DNA from: an uncultured Verrucomicrobiae bacterium
GTDB lineage: Bacteria > Verrucomicrobiota > Verrucomicrobiia > Chthoniobacterales > UBA10450
Direction: 5' to 3'
Assembly (NCBI GenBank): GCA_963772365.1
Contig: CAVYXA010000001.1
Coordinates: forward strand, 1,600,001-1,664,000
DNA: 64,000 bases
Part shown: in pieces, positions 61,833 to 64,000 of the stretch
Layout of the letters: each line of letters starts with the position of its first letter
Position numbering within the stretch: position 1 is the stretch's first letter
The notes under the pieces: model-generated
What the model saw: only the letters and a program-made list of their open reading frames with translations
What the model was told of the DNA's origin: nothing
The model's database searches: none
Program-made: the position numbers and the translations under genes

Positions 61833-62591
61833 ATGCGCACATTTGGCGGCTTCCGGTCCGGCGACAAATTTTTCTACGGTGAATTGCAAGGCCAGGACGT
61901 CCATATCCTGGCGCGTCCCTACTGGAATGGGATCGAGCCGACCGGAATGTTTTACAAGTTAAGCGATGTCGCTGTCGATCTCCCGGTCGCGCCGTCGAAG
62001 CTGATCGCCGTCGGGCTCAATTATACCGAGCACATTCGCGAGATGTCGCGAACGCCGCTGGGCACGCCGTTGATCTGGTTCAAAGCGCCGAGTTCGCTTC
62101 TGGCGAATGAGGGAAAGATCGAAATCGCATTCCCAGATCATCAAACCGATTTCGAAATCGAGCTGGCGGTTGTGATCGGCGCTCGCGTAAAGAATGTGAG
62201 CGCCAAACAGGCCCGGGAAGCGATTTTCGGATACACGATCGGGCTGGATATCAGCGATCGCGATCTACAGAAAACGGAAAAGCAATTTGGACGCTGCAAG
62301 TCATTCGATACCTACACGCCGGTGGGTCCATTTGTTTACGCCGATGTCGATGTTCGCGATTTGCCTATCGAGCTGCGGCAGAATGATGAGCTCAAACAAA
62401 ACGCGCGAACGAGCCAGATGATTTATTCCGTAGCGGAAATCATTTCTTTCGCGAGCCGGGCGATGACCCTTCAACCTGGCGACGTCATTTTAACGGGAAC
62501 ACCATCCGGCGTCGGCCCCCTCCGCAATGGAGATCGATTGGAAGCGCGCATAGGAGACTGGCCGCAATTAGAGGTGAATGTGGTTATTTGA
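61833..62591 (+). CDS. Fumarylacetoacetate hydrolase family protein
   Basis: GLNY..H, EIELAVVIG, D.S.RD, KSFDT..P.GP, GDVI.TGTP.GVG. Confidence 0.92.
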   Translation: MRTFGGFRSGDKFFYGELQGQDVHILARPYWNGIEPTGMFYKLSDVAVDLPVAPSKLIAVGLNYTEHIREMSRTPLGTPLIWFKAPSSLLANEGKIEIAFPDHQTDFEIELAVVIGARVKNVSAKQAREAIFGYTIGLDISDRDLQKTEKQFGRCKSFDTYTPVGPFVYADVDVRDLPIELRQNDELKQNARTSQMIYSVAEIISFASRAMTLQPGDVILTGTPSGVGPLRNGDRLEARIGDWPQLEVNVVI

Positions 62592-62761
62592 AATGCTTGC
62601 GTTACGTCCTCCGAATGAAGATAATCCGAATTAATAGAGCCACCGTTGCGAACAGGAGATCGAAGCAAATGAAAGGTAAAAAGTTTTCCTCGACTTTCCC
62701 CCGGCTCATTTGGGATAAGATAACCAACAACGGAGTCGGTAACTCCATTCTTTGCTCAACT

Positions 62762-63724
62762 ATGAAAACACTGCTCATCGTCTGTCTCTGCACCATCACT
62801 GTAACGTTTACTTCATTTGCTCAAAGCCCGCCGCCTCCACCGGACGCAGTCACTTCACCTTCGGGGTCGCCCGCGCAGGTCGAAGCGCCCACACAACCCG
62901 GAGCGACGATGCCTTCGCCGGCAGAAGGGATGTCGCCCGGCGCAGCAATGTCACCTGCAGCGCCGGGAATGTCGCCAGGGGAAGCAATGGGCTCACCTGC
63001 GCCCGGCCAGAGCGTGCCGGTTACGCTTAGTCCGTCGCCTGCCGCTTCTCCAGCTGCCGGCGCGGGGCCATGGGGCGGGGAACGAAAGCTCACTGGTAAT
63101 TTTATCATCGACAATTTCCGGAAGGGTGGCCCGATTATGTGGCCGATTCTGATCGTGTCGATCGTAGCTTTGACGGTCGTGATCGAGCGCGTTTTCTGGT
63201 GGCTGGGCCGTTGGTTCCGGCGCGATCCCAAGCGGATCGAAAAGGTCTTCACCGCAGTCGAGAACGGCGATATTCCCGAAGCTTCGAGACTGTCGCGCGG
63301 TTCGCGGGATCCAGTGCTGCGAATGATGTGGAACGGGCTCAATCACCAGCACGCCTCGCTCCAAGGAGCGTTGCAGGTGGCCGCTGGCATCGAAATCAAA
63401 CGGGCCGGCCGGTTCCTCGTAGTAATGGATACCCTGGTTACGCTGGCTCCCTTGCTCGGTCTGTTGGGAACGGTGACCGGATTGATTCGGTCGTTCAGCT
63501 TTCTCGGTAACGAAGAGCTCGCCGTTCAAGCTGTGACCGGTGGTATCGCCGAAGCTCTCATCGCTACCGCATGCGGTCTGGGTATCGCCATCTTCTCTCT
63601 CATTCCCTTTAACTTTTTCACTTCCCGCGTGTCTAACTTGGAGTTCGAGTTGCAAACCGCGGCCACGAATCTGGAGGTGATGTTGGAAGCGAATGCGAAA
63701 AAGGAAGCTGAAGTCGGCCGATGA
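62762..63724 (+). CDS. exbB: MotA/TolQ/ExbB proton channel protein with Pro/Met-rich N-terminal extension
   Basis: GGPIM.PI, APLLGLLGTV.GLI.SF, GIAEAL.ATA.GL. Confidence 0.9.
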   Translation: MKTLLIVCLCTITVTFTSFAQSPPPPPDAVTSPSGSPAQVEAPTQPGATMPSPAEGMSPGAAMSPAAPGMSPGEAMGSPAPGQSVPVTLSPSPAASPAAGAGPWGGERKLTGNFIIDNFRKGGPIMWPILIVSIVALTVVIERVFWWLGRWFRRDPKRIEKVFTAVENGDIPEASRLSRGSRDPVLRMMWNGLNHQHASLQGALQVAAGIEIKRAGRFLVVMDTLVTLAPLLGLLGTVTGLIRSFSFLGNEELAVQAVTGGIAEALIATACGLGIAIFSLIPFNFFTSRVSNLEFELQTAATNLEVMLEANAKKEAEVGR

Positions 63725-63755
63725 TCGACTGAGTATGGCATAAATCCATCAAACT

Positions 63756-64000
63756 ATGACAATAGGTTCTCCAGTACCTCACAAGAAAGCACGGATCGAG
63801 ATCATCCCACTGATCGACATCATGTTCTTCCTACTGGCCAGCTTTATGATGGTGAGCCTGAGCCAGGTGCACATGAAAGGTATCAAGGTCACCCTGCCCA
63901 CAGGTCAATCCGGCGAGACTCAATCGAAGCAAAATTACGTCAGCGTTTCTGTGGATCGGAATGGGAACTTCTTCTTCGACAAGCAGGAGATGAGTTACGA
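63756..64000 (+). CDS. exbD: ExbD/TolR biopolymer transport protein (truncated by the window end)
   Basis: MTIGSP...RIEIIPLIDIMFFLLASFMM; directly after exbB; absent from the ORF track because it is open-ended. Confidence 0.9.
   Translation, partial: MTIGSPVPHKKARIEIIPLIDIMFFLLASFMMVSLSQVHMKGIKVTLPTGQSGETQSKQNYVSVSVDRNGNFFFDKQEMSY

Noticed and set aside
62615..62640. Fur box upstream of exbB (GATAATCCGAATTAATAG)
   Set aside because: Only one GATAAT half-site matches and there is no convincing inverted repeat.
1..64000. CRISPR array, integrase, transposase or prophage
   Set aside because: No regularly spaced direct repeats with unique spacers and no recognisable recombinase, Cas or phage proteins. 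The periodic repeats seen are protein-coding (RCC1, PT linker).

Overview
Bacterial chromosomal window of about 55% GC. Gene style (LPS/Lpt genes, Pro-Thr linkers, long-type DeoC, tRNA-Arg(UCG)) suggests a soil Verrucomicrobiota of the Chthoniobacterales/Spartobacteria type; this is inference. Contents in order: (1) a 13.4-kb co-oriented cell-surface glycosylation cluster with 4 SAM methyltransferases, 2 GT2s, 3 multi-pass GT-C-like proteins, a WecE/RffA aminotransferase and a WecD-like GNAT; (2) core genes rph, gmd, tatD, fabH-plsX-rpmF-yceD-coaD and kdsA-lptCAB; (3) a metal block with a CopA ATPase, a TonB-receptor/porin/SBP/permease operon that has no ATPase and is preceded by a DUF2946-like leader ORF ending in HAPP, and two CNNM genes; (4) yyaL, a large secreted repeat protein, msbA and LPS glycosyltransferases; (5) tRNA-His and tRNA-Arg(UCG), deoC, a RES-Xre toxin-antitoxin pair, nth and exbB-exbD. 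Many genes between about 35 and 51 kb carry single-base frameshifts, most likely sequencing indels. Most notable non-annotated signals: a strongly over-represented non-palindromic 10-mer TGTCGATC(T/C)T (21 exact plus 8 variant copies counted by eye, resembling a DNA-uptake or chromosome-organising motif); a candidate metal-sensing ribosome-stalling leader peptide; and several REP-like palindrome families, two of them read in frame inside yyaL and others supplying gene stop codons. No CRISPR array, integrase or transposase was seen. All calls come from motif recognition, not database searches.
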